From: Candidatus Binatia bacterium
Lineage (GTDB): Bacteria > Desulfobacterota > Binatia > HRBIN30
Direction: 5' to 3'
DNA: 64,000 nucleotides
Assembly (NCBI GenBank): GCA_038245295.1
Contig: JBBRSP010000001.1
Location: 1 to 64,000, forward strand
Part shown: in pieces, positions 7,920 through 17,935 of the stretch
Layout of the letters: each line of letters begins with the position of its first letter
How positions within the stretch are numbered: the stretch's first letter is position 1
The notes under the pieces: model-generated
What the model saw: the letters and a program-made list of their open reading frames with translations, nothing else
The model's database searches: none
Told to the model about the DNA's origin: nothing
Made by a program: the position numbers and the translations under genes

Positions 7920-10340
7920 CTACATCATACTGTTGGGATCGACGTCGATGAGGACGCGCACCTGGGCTTTGCGGGTCTGTTGTCGTAGCGCATCGCACGC
8001 GGCTCGGACGGCGGTGCGGGCCGCCGTCGGTGACGTGCTGCGCACGAGGATCTGCCAGCGGAATCGGCGTCGCACTTTTTCAATCGGCGCTTTGGCGGGG
8101 CCGAGGACGGTGATTGCTTTTCCATGGGCTCGCAGGCTTTCGGCGAGACCGATTGCAATGCTTTCGGTTTGTGCCGCGTCTTCGCCCTCGCAGCGGATCT
8201 GAATCAGACGGGTGAATGGTGGGTAGTTCGCTTCACGGCGCTCGCGCAACTCGCGTTCGGCGAACGAGCGGAAGTCGTGGTGCTGGGCGAAGCGTAGGCT
8301 GTAGTGGTCGGGTTCACGTGTTTGCACGATGACGCGACCGGGCTGGTCGCCGCGGCCGGCGCGGCCCGCTACCTGGGTCAGAAGTTGAAAAGTTCGCTCC
8401 GCCGCGCGTAGGTCGGGCATGTTGAGCGACAGGTCGGCGAGCAGGACGCCGACCAGCGTCACGCCTGGAATGTCGTGGCCTTTGGTGATCATCTGCGTGC
8501 CAATCAACACATCGAAGTCACGCTTCTGCCAGGCCGTGAAGATACGCTGCATCTCACCCTTGCGGCTGGTGGTGTCACGATCCATACGCGCGATCCGCGC
8601 TTGCGGCAGTAACGCGTGCAAGGCGGCTTCAACCTGTTCCGTGCCGGCGCCCCAGGCACCGAGGGCAAGTCCTCCACAGGACGGACACGCCTTCGGGATG
8701 GCGATCGTGTGGTCGCAATGATGGCAGCGTAGGGCTTGCCATTTCTGGTGCAGGGTGAGGCTGACGGTGCAGTTCGGACAGCGCAAGGGCTCGCCGCATT
8801 GGTAACACTGCAGGAAGTTGGAGAAGCCGCGTCGGTTGAGGAAGACGAGGCTCTGTCCACCCGCCGCCAGGTTCGCCGTCAACGCCGCCTGCAATGGCCG
8901 GGAGACGAGCGGCGCTTGTTTGATGGAGGCACCGCGGGCCCGTAGGTCGATGATGTCGACACTCGGCAGCGGCCGCGAGGCGACACGCTGCGGCAGGGTC
9001 AGCAGCTCATACCGAGCGGACCGGGCATTGAAGTACGTCTCCATCGACGGCGTCGCCGAGCCGAGCACAACCGGACAGCCGACGAGTTTGCCGCGCATCA
9101 CGGCGACGTCACGCCCCTGATACCGAATCCCGTCTTCCTGCTTGTAGGCCGAGTCGTGCTCTTCATCGACGAGGATTACGCCCAGCTTCGGCAGCGGCGC
9201 AAATACCGCGGACCGCGCACCGACGACGATCGGCGCCTCGCCGCGCGCAATCCGACGCCATTCATCCCAGCGTTCCCCATCACTCAAGCCGCTGTGCAGC
9301 ACGGCGACGCGTTCGCCGAACCGGGCGCGGATACGATCGACGACCTGGTGAGTGAGCGAAATCTCCGGAACCAGCACCAGCGCCGAATGACCAGTGGCCA
9401 ACGCCTGGGCGATGCAGTGCAGGTACACCTCGGTCTTGCCGCTACCCGTCACGCCCCACAACAGGAAGGTGCGGAACGACTCGCCGATGTGTTTGTGCAC
9501 CGCCGACACAGCGGCCTGCTGGTCAGGATTCAGGGCGACGCGCCGGTCGACGGCGGCACGTTCGGTGAACACGGTGCGGTAGATCTCTTCCTCGTGCATG
9601 GCGACGAGGCCGGCCTTCTGCAGCGTGTTGAGCAAACCGGAGGCGCTCTTGAAGGAGATCGCCAGCTCATTGGCACTGGCCACTCCGAGCGGGTGATTGT
9701 GGAGATACGTGTACAGGGCGAACTGCGCCGGGCGGCGCCGCCATTTGGTGATCTCGTCATCACTCAAGGTACGGGCGCTGCGATACAGCCGCTGACGTTT
9801 CGTGCGCGCCGTGCCGGGATCGATGCGATCGTGCAAGGCGACAAGGCTGCGACGTCGTAAGGCGCTCAAAATCCCCTGCGTTGTGCGACCAAATTGCTTG
9901 GCCACGGCCCGCAACGGCACCGGGCCCGACTGTCGCAGCCAGGCCATCACGGCGGCTTGCGCCGCATTCAGTTTCGTTTCATCGCCGGTAGTGTCGGTCA
10001 CCTGAACGACACGGTCGATGCGGACGCGCAGCGTTCCGGGAAGCGCCGTGCTGAGCGCCTCCGACATGTCGCTCAGGTAGTAGTCGGCGATCCAATTGCA
10101 GAGTCTCAGCATCGAGGCGTCGAAGAGCGGCTTCTGGTCCAGACATGCCACGACCGTCTTGAGCCGCGGGAAGTCCGACGTCGCGACGATCTCGACGACC
10201 ACGCCGGTAACCCGCCGGCTGCCGAGCGGTACGACGACGCGGCTTCCCGGTTGTATGGTGGCGACGAGGTCGTCGCCAATCTTGTAATCGAGGGCGGCCG
10301 TGTCCCCAGCCGCCGGCACGATGACGACGCGAGCGATCAT
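7920..10340 (-). CDS. priA: Primosomal protein N' (replication restart helicase)
   Basis: GVTGSGKTEVY, LVPEISLT, DEEHD, four CxxC, GTQMITKGHD, QVAGRAGR, IDVDP end. Confidence 0.97.
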   Translation of the reverse strand: MIARVVIVPAAGDTAALDYKIGDDLVATIQPGSRVVVPLGSRRVTGVVVEIVATSDFPRLKTVVACLDQKPLFDASMLRLCNWIADYYLSDMSEALSTALPGTLRVRIDRVVQVTDTTGDETKLNAAQAAVMAWLRQSGPVPLRAVAKQFGRTTQGILSALRRRSLVALHDRIDPGTARTKRQRLYRSARTLSDDEITKWRRRPAQFALYTYLHNHPLGVASANELAISFKSASGLLNTLQKAGLVAMHEEEIYRTVFTERAAVDRRVALNPDQQAAVSAVHKHIGESFRTFLLWGVTGSGKTEVYLHCIAQALATGHSALVLVPEISLTHQVVDRIRARFGERVAVLHSGLSDGERWDEWRRIARGEAPIVVGARSAVFAPLPKLGVILVDEEHDSAYKQEDGIRYQGRDVAVMRGKLVGCPVVLGSATPSMETYFNARSARYELLTLPQRVASRPLPSVDIIDLRARGASIKQAPLVSRPLQAALTANLAAGGQSLVFLNRRGFSNFLQCYQCGEPLRCPNCTVSLTLHQKWQALRCHHCDHTIAIPKACPSCGGLALGAWGAGTEQVEAALHALLPQARIARMDRDTTSRKGEMQRIFTAWQKRDFDVLIGTQMITKGHDIPGVTLVGVLLADLSLNMPDLRAAERTFQLLTQVAGRAGRGDQPGRVIVQTREPDHYSLRFAQHHDFRSFAERELRERREANYPPFTRLIQIRCEGEDAAQTESIAIGLAESLRAHGKAITVLGPAKAPIEKVRRRFRWQILVRSTSPTAARTAVRAACDALRQQTRKAQVRVLIDVDPNSMM

Positions 10341-10373
10341 GCGTGCGGCTCATCGAAGTGTGACGCAGCCAAC

Positions 10374-11339
10374 TCAGCCCCGATCGTCTTCGGCCGCGAG
10401 CAGCTCAACGACGCGCTGCGAGTACTCTCCGGCGCTCGGCGCCGGTACTCCGGTCCGAATCGATTCGACGAACGCCTGCGCTGCCAGCAGCAACGGCTCC
10501 TCGTTGCCGCCGGTGACGGTTTCGCTTGCTTCGAAGTGTTCGATCGGTACGACATTGTCCTTCACGGTATTCGGATCCGCGACCTGGTAGTCGAAGAACT
10601 TCAGAGAGCGGGCGCCGAAACGCCCTTCGTAGTGCAGCATGCCGCGGCTGCCAACTACCACCAGGCTGGCAACTTTCAGCGGCGACAACCAGCTGAGGTA
10701 GATGTGCACCGAGACACCACCCGTAAGCGTCGCCGTGGCAACGCTGATGTCGGCGATGCCTTGTTGGAGATAACTGAACCCCTCGACACGCACGGTTTCG
10801 ACGGCACCCGGAACGAGATGGCAGAGAATCGACAAGTCGTGCGGCGCCGAGTTCCACCACACGCTCGAGTCACGGCGGATGCGGCCCATGCCGAGTCGCT
10901 CAAACGACAGGTGAAACAGCTTGCCCAAACGCCCCGCGTCGATCCAGCGTTTGGCCTGCTGGATGAGCGGGTCGTAGAGAAACGTCTCGTCGACGAACAG
11001 CACACGCGAGTGGCGGCGCGCCAGATCAACCAACTCGTGTGCCTCGGCCGCACGCATCGCCAACGGCTTTTCGACCCAACAATGTTTTCCCGCTGCCAGG
11101 ACTTGTCGGGCGATGGTGAAGTGGGTCGACGGCGGGGTGGCGACGAGAACCGCGTCGATATCGTCACGTGCCAGCAGCTCGGCGCTATCGGAGCTGAGGA
11201 AGACATCACCGAGCCCGGTGTGGCGCCGCGTGTCGCTCTCGCACACGGCGATCACGGAAACCGTCGGCATGCCGCGAAAAACCCGCAGTAATGTCGAGCC
11301 CCAATAGCCAGCGCCAACGATGCCGATTCCTAAGGTCAT
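10374..11339 (-). CDS. Gfo/Idh/MocA-family oxidoreductase
   Basis: GAGYWG, VATPPSTH, VEKP, WNSAPHD; ATG 11339 overlaps the upstream stop (ATGA). Confidence 0.9.
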   Translation of the reverse strand: MTLGIGIVGAGYWGSTLLRVFRGMPTVSVIAVCESDTRRHTGLGDVFLSSDSAELLARDDIDAVLVATPPSTHFTIARQVLAAGKHCWVEKPLAMRAAEAHELVDLARRHSRVLFVDETFLYDPLIQQAKRWIDAGRLGKLFHLSFERLGMGRIRRDSSVWWNSAPHDLSILCHLVPGAVETVRVEGFSYLQQGIADISVATATLTGGVSVHIYLSWLSPLKVASLVVVGSRGMLHYEGRFGARSLKFFDYQVADPNTVKDNVVPIEHFEASETVTGGNEEPLLLAAQAFVESIRTGVPAPSAGEYSQRVVELLAAEDDRG

Positions 11340-12232
11340 GACAGATCCTGGCGCACGCGAAAGACGCCGGCAACTTGTGCCTGGCGCCACCGACGCAGAT
11401 TCCACTGGATGAGGGAGGCAAGGATGCCGATGCCGAAACTGAGCGCCGCCAGCAGGTGTGCCGATCCCACCAGGCTGAACGCAAGGACGACCGAGACGAG
11501 GATGACCAACACCCACAGAATTCTTTCGGCAGCGGCCGCATTCCAGAGAATGAAACGCAACGCCAGCAAGTCGCGCATGACGATGACGACGCGGCCCATG
11601 CCGTAGTGCGACTGCCCGTGTTGGCGGCGTCGATCACCGACCGGAACTTCGACGACCTGCGACGCGCTCACTCCGAAGATCGCCGGCATGAAGCGGTTGA
11701 AGCCGCGCGGCAACTGGGTGGCGGCGACGACGGCGCGGCGATAGACTTTCAAGCCGCAACCGTTGTCGTGCACCGGCAGGCGGGTGACCTTGGCGATCAG
11801 CCAATTGGCGATTCGTGAGGGGAGGACACGAACCGCAAACGCTTCTTGTCGTTGCTGTCTCCAACCCGTCGCCACTTGAGCCCCCGTCGTTTCCAGGGTC
11901 TTCAGCAATTGCGGAATATCATGTGGATCGTTCTGTCCGTCACCGTCCAACGTGATCACCAACGCGCCGCGCGCCGCCTGAAAGCCGGCGCACAGGGCGG
12001 CAGCTTCGCCGAAGTTTCCGTCGAGGTCCAGCAGCCGCAGCTGTGGCTCGTCGGTCCTCACGGATTGGAGCTCGGCCAGGGTGGCATCGATGCTGCCGTC
12101 GTTCACGAAAATGATTTCGTAGGGTCGATGCAGGTTGCGCAAGACCTGACTGATCTCACGTGCCAGGGCCGCCGCGCCGCCGGCTTCATTGAACACCGGG
12201 ACGACGACCGAGAGCTGCGGCCGGTCACTCAT
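11336..12232 (-). CDS. GT2 polyprenol-phosphate glycosyltransferase (ArnC/DPM1-like) with two C-terminal TM helices
   Basis: VVPVFNE, VNDGSID, TLDGDGQNDP, HDNGCGLK. Confidence 0.88.
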   Translation of the reverse strand: MSDRPQLSVVVPVFNEAGGAAALAREISQVLRNLHRPYEIIFVNDGSIDATLAELQSVRTDEPQLRLLDLDGNFGEAAALCAGFQAARGALVITLDGDGQNDPHDIPQLLKTLETTGAQVATGWRQQRQEAFAVRVLPSRIANWLIAKVTRLPVHDNGCGLKVYRRAVVAATQLPRGFNRFMPAIFGVSASQVVEVPVGDRRRQHGQSHYGMGRVVIVMRDLLALRFILWNAAAAERILWVLVILVSVVLAFSLVGSAHLLAALSFGIGILASLIQWNLRRWRQAQVAGVFRVRQDLS

Positions 12233-12233
12233 C

Positions 12234-13334
12234 TCAGTGCTGAAAGAAGCTCGCGACGCTGTGGGCTACGCGCTCGACTTCGCTGTCGCTCAAGTCCGGA
12301 AAGACGGGTAGCGACAGGATCTCGTTTGCCAGGCGTTCGGCGCGTGGCGCTGCCGGCGACTCGCCATAGCTGCGAAGAAATGCCGGCTGGCGGTGTAGTG
12401 GTACCGGGTAGTGAATCCCCGTCTCTATCCCGGCTGCCTTGAGGTTCGACGCCAGGGCGTCGCGTTGCGACGTACGTACGACGAACTGGTGATATACGTG
12501 GACCTCGCCCGCCTTCTCGTGCGTGACTCTCAGGTCGATGTTGGCGAAGCGATCTCGGTAAAAGCGCGCGATCTCGGCGCGCCGCTGGTTGCGGGCGTCG
12601 AGGTACTTCAGCTTGACCCGTAACACTGCTGCTTGCAGCTCGTCGAGGCGGCTGTTGAAGCCGTATAGGATGTGATGGTTCTTGCGCTCCTGCCCATGGG
12701 TGCCGAGGAGTCGGATGCGATGATGCAAGGACGTGTCGTTGGTCGCCACGAACCCCGCATCTCCGAACGCCGCGAGGTTCTTCACGACGCCGCAACTAAA
12801 GGCGCCAGCGACGCCGAGACCGCCAACTTTGCGCCCATCGCGGCTGGCGCCGTGCGCATGCGAACAGTCTTCGACGAGCGCGAGGTTGTGGTCGGCGCAG
12901 ATGTCGGCCACGGCGGCGAGATCGAGCGGTGACCCATACATGTGTACCGCGATGACGGCCTTGGTGTTTGGTGTGAGCGCCTGACGCACGCTGGCGGCGT
13001 CAGGGCCAAAGGCATCGGGTTCGACGTCGACAACCACCGGTGTGGCGCCGGCATGGTGAATTGCTTCGAGCGCGGCGGCGAAAGCGTTGGCGTGGACGAT
13101 TACCTCATCGCCGCGACCGATTCCAAGTCCCAGGACCGTGGTGATCAAGGCATCGGTTCCGGAGGCAACGCCAACAGCATGCTGCACGCCTAGATAGTCG
13201 GCGATCTCCTGCTCGAAGAGCAGAATGTTCTCGCCTTTTAACAAGTGCATCGTGGCGAGCGTCGAGGCAAACATCGCCTCTACCTCTTGGCGCACGGCGG
13301 CATACTCGCGCTTGAGATCAAGTAAGGGGATCAT
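12234..13334 (-). CDS. DegT/DnrJ/EryC1/StrS-family PLP sugar aminotransferase
   Basis: MIPLLDL, SGTDAL, VHMYG, EDCSHAHG, KNLAAFGDAG, NSRLDELQAA, HYPVPLH; alternative TTG start at 13385. Confidence 0.9.
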   Translation of the reverse strand: MIPLLDLKREYAAVRQEVEAMFASTLATMHLLKGENILLFEQEIADYLGVQHAVGVASGTDALITTVLGLGIGRGDEVIVHANAFAAALEAIHHAGATPVVVDVEPDAFGPDAASVRQALTPNTKAVIAVHMYGSPLDLAAVADICADHNLALVEDCSHAHGASRDGRKVGGLGVAGAFSCGVVKNLAAFGDAGFVATNDTSLHHRIRLLGTHGQERKNHHILYGFNSRLDELQAAVLRVKLKYLDARNQRRAEIARFYRDRFANIDLRVTHEKAGEVHVYHQFVVRTSQRDALASNLKAAGIETGIHYPVPLHRQPAFLRSYGESPAAPRAERLANEILSLPVFPDLSDSEVERVAHSVASFFQH

Positions 13335-13399
13335 GGATGATTGTTCCGAAGCGGTGTTCCTAACGTCCGTTGATCGTGGCGACAAGATCGTCGATGCAT

Positions 13400-15244
13400 C
13401 TACCCGCCGGCACGACGGCGCACGAAGACAAGTTGCTGATGGTCGATAACGTTGGAGTCACCGCGCACAGCGGCGCGCTTGTAGATGGCGCCGACGTCGT
13501 CGGGCAAGGCCTCCCACTCGTCGTGGTCCATGATCAAGTTCTCCGGCGATGTTTCGTCGAGTGGCCCGTCGTAGACTGGGATATGCCCCTGCGAGTAGTA
13601 GACGACGCCGTAGTCGAATGTTTTGTAGAAGCTCAGCGGTCCGTTGGTCATCTCGCGAACGGCGGTGATGAACTCGCGACGTGTTTGGTGCAGCGCAATC
13701 TCGGGCAGAACAACGAGCCGTGTCGTCATGAGTCCGACGATGACGCACGTGGTGAGGGTCGAAAATCCAAGCCACCAACGTGCGGCGGCCGTGGCTCGCG
13801 CCGTGCCCCAGAGAAGGATCGCCATTGCGGTGAGGGCGGCAATCAAGGTCCACGCTTGGTGATCGAGGACAGCACGGATCGCGGTGAGATCTTGCTGCTC
13901 TTGCGGTTCCAGGTGGCTGCGGATCTTTTCCAGCAACGGAGCGCCGAATGTGTGAGCCAGGATGGCGAGCGCGGCAACGACGAGCACGGCTCCCAAGATC
14001 CCGACTGTCCATCGAACAATCGTCGCTTGCCACTCGAAGGCCGTGCGTTGATGCGCCTGTTCATGCCACCACCACCCGAGCAGCATCGCCACGGCTGGAT
14101 AGAGGGAGAGCAGATACACACCGCGCTTGCTGGCGGCGATTTCGAAAAAGGTGAAGACAACCCCAACCCAGACCAGTAGATAGACGCGCGGATCGCTGAG
14201 TGTCAGCTTGGAACGTTCGCGCCAGAGACGGGCGACGAGCCCGGGCAGGAAAATTGTCCACGGCAATAGCCCGAGCGCCAATTGGCCCGGCATGTAGAAG
14301 GGGCCGTGGCGATGACCGCCTCCGAAGTCGGCGCTGTCGACGAAGGTGAACAAGTTTTCCGCGAGGATCTGTTTACGAAAGAAGGCCGAGCCACCGTTGA
14401 GCAGCGCAAGTCCGTACCAGCTGCCGGCGATGAGCACGACGGCGATGCCACCCCACACGAGACGCAGGTCACGCAGCAGCGACAGATCAAAGACGTTGGC
14501 CCAGGCGAATTGGCGTACGGCCTGGACGCGGAAGGTAAGCAGCACCAGGATCAAGGCGACGGCGCCCGGCAGGGCGATGCCGACGGGGCCCTTTCCGAGG
14601 ACCGCCCAGGTAATGCCGAAGTACATGCCGATTAGCCAACGCGGGTGGCGCGAGCGCCAGAAAAACAACAAGCTGAGGAACGCTGCCTCGAGTCCGAAGG
14701 CGAGAGTCATATCGACGCGCGCGTTGGTAGCGGCGCGCGACCATTCGAACGTTGTCAGCAGGGACAAGCCGGCGACGAGACCGGCGCGCGAGTTCCACAA
14801 CGCGGTGCCGGCAAAAAAGACCATCAGAATTCCCGCAAGCGACAGGGCGGCAGAGGGAAAACGAATACTCCACTCATCCGTCGTGCCGCGAGCGAGCGAT
14901 GTGGCGGCGCCGAGCCAGTGGAATAACGGCGGTTTGGAGGGCAGCTCGGTGCCGTTTCGCCGCGGCAAGATCCAGCCTCCGTCGTGAGTCATCTCCCACA
15001 CGACCAGGCCCTCGCGTGGTTCGCCCTTGGTATGGAATGGATAGGCGCCGATACCCCACAAGTTTGTGATGGCCCACAGGAAGATCAGGAGCGGCAGTGC
15101 GGCCAAACCGATCAGCCGATGTGTCTCGGTTGGTGGCGCCGGTGCCGGTGCCGGTGCAACGTCAGCGGGCGCGGCCGGCGCACCGACAGGCTCACTCGCC
15201 GTCGGACCGTTGGACGGCGCTGGTGGATCGTTCTGATCGTCCAT
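13400..15244 (-). CDS. ArnT/PMT-like (GT83/GT39) multi-TM glycosyltransferase, copy 2
   Basis: GEPRE, SKPPLFHW, RFPSA, ARVDM, LGKGPVG, SKRGVYLL; ATG at 15244 preferred. Confidence 0.85.
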   Translation of the reverse strand: MDDQNDPPAPSNGPTASEPVGAPAAPADVAPAPAPAPPTETHRLIGLAALPLLIFLWAITNLWGIGAYPFHTKGEPREGLVVWEMTHDGGWILPRRNGTELPSKPPLFHWLGAATSLARGTTDEWSIRFPSAALSLAGILMVFFAGTALWNSRAGLVAGLSLLTTFEWSRAATNARVDMTLAFGLEAAFLSLLFFWRSRHPRWLIGMYFGITWAVLGKGPVGIALPGAVALILVLLTFRVQAVRQFAWANVFDLSLLRDLRLVWGGIAVVLIAGSWYGLALLNGGSAFFRKQILAENLFTFVDSADFGGGHRHGPFYMPGQLALGLLPWTIFLPGLVARLWRERSKLTLSDPRVYLLVWVGVVFTFFEIAASKRGVYLLSLYPAVAMLLGWWWHEQAHQRTAFEWQATIVRWTVGILGAVLVVAALAILAHTFGAPLLEKIRSHLEPQEQQDLTAIRAVLDHQAWTLIAALTAMAILLWGTARATAAARWWLGFSTLTTCVIVGLMTTRLVVLPEIALHQTRREFITAVREMTNGPLSFYKTFDYGVVYYSQGHIPVYDGPLDETSPENLIMDHDEWEALPDDVGAIYKRAAVRGDSNVIDHQQLVFVRRRAGG

Positions 15245-15345
15245 GGACGGCAGACTATAGAGACGAATCAACGGAGGAAAGAAAGAGGCGATGCATGGCG
15301 CGGCGCGCTGTCTTCGTTAGTCGTTGGTGATCGCGGATTGGCGTC

Positions 15346-17031
15346 TCAGCGTGCGGATTCCGGGCGGTTGGTAATGAGTAGCTTCTTGCCGTACCCGGTA
15401 ATCCTGTGCGGCGGCGGATCGAGCCGTGGAAGGATCTCCTCGAGCTCGTTGCGGTTGATCACCATCAAGATGCGGCGACGTTCATTCCACGCCGAGAAGA
15501 GCTGATCGTCGTCACGCCAGAAGTATTTGCTTTCGTCGCCTTGGCGGCTGCCAAAGTCGAGCTCTCCCCAGGAGCGGACCATGACGGCGCGGCGCTGTGC
15601 GTAGTACGGAATGGTCTGCGAATAGTGGCCGAAGAGGATGACGAGATCATCGGAACCGGCGATCGATCGGAGCGTGGTGCCCAGGGGCTCATAGGTCTGT
15701 GCCGCCTCGCGCGCCGTCACCGCTACGTTGAGAACGACAAACATGGTGAGGGCGAGGGCAACGATGCTGCGTTCACCGGAGGCGCGGACGGCAACCGTGG
15801 CGACGCCGCCGAGGATCAGGAGGACGCTGGCGACGATCAGTCGGCTGCAGATGAGGTCCATCTCGGGAATCTCGACGACCTCCCAGGCAACCCAACCACC
15901 AAACATCAGGATGACGCCAAGCACCGCGAAGATGGCGCCGGAGCAGGCGGCCGGCTGCGTCCGGCCGCGGCGCAGCAGCCGCGCCAGAAACCGCGCCAGG
16001 AGAATCGCCAGCGGCGGGAAGGCCGGTAGGATGTAGGTGGCGAGTTTTGATCCCGACAGGCTGAAGAAGACGAAGATGACCGTGAACCACACGAGGCAGA
16101 AACGCGTCGCCGGGGAGATGCGACCAGCCAGGAGTTGCTTCGTGAATCGCCACAGCGTGCGCGGTGCGGCGAGTACGACGAGCGACCAGGGAATGGCTCC
16201 GGCGACGACGAACGGTACGAAAAACCACAGTGGTTGCTGGTGCTCGTCCGGAGTCAGGTAGCGTTGCAGATGTTGCTTGATGATGAAGAAATCGAAGAAC
16301 TCCGGATTGCGCTGTTGCACGGCGACAAACCAAGGCAGGGCGAGGATGACGAACAGCAGCAAGGGCAGGGGGTGTAGCGTGCGCCAGACCATCGCCGCAT
16401 CGCGTTGCCAGAGTGCCGATGCGACAACGATGGCAACAATCAGAACGAGGGCAACCGGGCCCTTGGTAAGGACCGCCGCGGCGGCTGCGGCGCTGGCGAG
16501 GATCATCCATCTGGCGCGATTGTCCGAGTCACCGGCCATCCACAACGCGCTCAGGCATAGGGTCATCAAACCGGCCAGCGGCATGTCGAGTAGCAATACC
16601 TGGCTGAGTCCAAAGAACAGCGGGCTGGTAGCGAGGATGATCAGCGTCAGGCGCGACTCGACTGACCCGTACATGCGCCGTGCTAGATGTGTACTGATGG
16701 CGAGAATCATCACGCCAATAGCCGCCGGCCAAAAACGCATGGCGAATGCGCCGCCGCCGAAGAGCTTCATCGTCAGCGCGTTGACCCAGTAGAGGAAAGG
16801 CGGCTTCTCGAAGTACTTGACGTAGTTGAGGTGCGGCGTGATCCAGTCGCCAAGCTCCAGCATTTCGCGCGGGATTTCGGCGTAGCGGGCCTCGTCGGGC
16901 TCGGTCAACGGTGAGAAGCCGAGCCAGGCGAAGTAGGTGACGGCTGTCAGAACGGCCCACCACCCGCTGCTGAGTAAGGCGTCGTGAGGCCGACTGCTGC
17001 GCGTCGGACCTGCCGTCGAATCGGTCGTCAT
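15346..17031 (-). CDS. arnT: ArnT-like aminoarabinose transferase
   Basis: EPDEARYAEIPREM, YFEKPP, LTKGPV, SKLATYILP; ATG 17031 coupled to the arnD stop. Confidence 0.85.
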   Translation of the reverse strand: MTTDSTAGPTRSSRPHDALLSSGWWAVLTAVTYFAWLGFSPLTEPDEARYAEIPREMLELGDWITPHLNYVKYFEKPPFLYWVNALTMKLFGGGAFAMRFWPAAIGVMILAISTHLARRMYGSVESRLTLIILATSPLFFGLSQVLLLDMPLAGLMTLCLSALWMAGDSDNRARWMILASAAAAAAVLTKGPVALVLIVAIVVASALWQRDAAMVWRTLHPLPLLLFVILALPWFVAVQQRNPEFFDFFIIKQHLQRYLTPDEHQQPLWFFVPFVVAGAIPWSLVVLAAPRTLWRFTKQLLAGRISPATRFCLVWFTVIFVFFSLSGSKLATYILPAFPPLAILLARFLARLLRRGRTQPAACSGAIFAVLGVILMFGGWVAWEVVEIPEMDLICSRLIVASVLLILGGVATVAVRASGERSIVALALTMFVVLNVAVTAREAAQTYEPLGTTLRSIAGSDDLVILFGHYSQTIPYYAQRRAVMVRSWGELDFGSRQGDESKYFWRDDDQLFSAWNERRRILMVINRNELEEILPRLDPPPHRITGYGKKLLITNRPESAR

Positions 17032-17921
17032 GCGCCGACGGCGCCTTTCATCTGCCACGCCACCGTGCCGTGTCGGCCTTCGATTGGTCCGGGGCGTACC
17101 TCCGCCAGCGGAGCTTCCGTCAGCTTCGATGCCAGGTCGACCAGGCGATGGAACTTTGCCTGCGGGGTGACAGCGGCGAGGATGGCGCGATAGATCGGCA
17201 GCTGTTGGCGTCCTTCCATCTCGGCATGTGCGGTGTACACGTTGAATCCGGGGCGGAGCTCGCCCGCATAGTAGCGACTCAAGTCGGCGGGTGTGGTGCC
17301 GACGCGTCCGAGGGATTCGTCGAGTGTCAACATCGTCGTGGGCAATTCGACGGTGCGGAATTGTTTCCCCGCAAAGGTCGGCGTGAAGGGGGTGAAACCG
17401 CGTGTGTCGCTGCGATAGAGCAGGTTCAGCTCGTCCTCGGCTTCGAGCGTCGAGGCGCTGCATTGCCAGCCCGGTGCTCCAAACGCCTGTGGCGCATGGC
17501 CGACAGCCGTGGTGAACGCTTCGACGCCCCGACGCAATTCGGCGCGCGCCGTGTCGAGATTACGGCGCGGTACGACGTCCATCCAATACATGTGATCGAA
17601 GCCGTGCAGGGCGACTTCGTGCCCGGCCTGTTCGAGCTCGCGCAGAGTGGCGGCGCAGCGACGTCCGACATGTGGCCCGGGCAGCAGGGTGCCGTAGAGC
17701 AACGTCTGCAAGCCGTAGGTTGAGGCGGCACTGGTGCGGCGCATCTTTTCGAAGAAGCCGGGCCGAAAGACGCGCCGGATGGCGCGCCCGGAGTGGTCGG
17801 GGCCGACGGCGACGAAGAAGCTGGCGCGCACCTTGAGCTCGTCGAACAAACGCATCAACGCCGGCACGCCATAACGCATGCCGGCGTATGTGCATACGTC
17901 GACCTTGAGTCCGAGTTGCAT
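17028..17921 (-). CDS. arnD: Undecaprenyl-phosphate-Ara4FN deformylase (polysaccharide deacetylase fold)
   Basis: GLKVDVCT, GPDHSGRA, LLYGTLLPGP, HEVALHGFDH, VYTAHAEMEG; operon context. Confidence 0.85.
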   Translation of the reverse strand: MQLGLKVDVCTYAGMRYGVPALMRLFDELKVRASFFVAVGPDHSGRAIRRVFRPGFFEKMRRTSAASTYGLQTLLYGTLLPGPHVGRRCAATLRELEQAGHEVALHGFDHMYWMDVVPRRNLDTARAELRRGVEAFTTAVGHAPQAFGAPGWQCSASTLEAEDELNLLYRSDTRGFTPFTPTFAGKQFRTVELPTTMLTLDESLGRVGTTPADLSRYYAGELRPGFNVYTAHAEMEGRQQLPIYRAILAAVTPQAKFHRLVDLASKLTEAPLAEVRPGPIEGRHGTVAWQMKGAVGA

Positions 17922-17935
17922 GCGCTCGGGAACGC

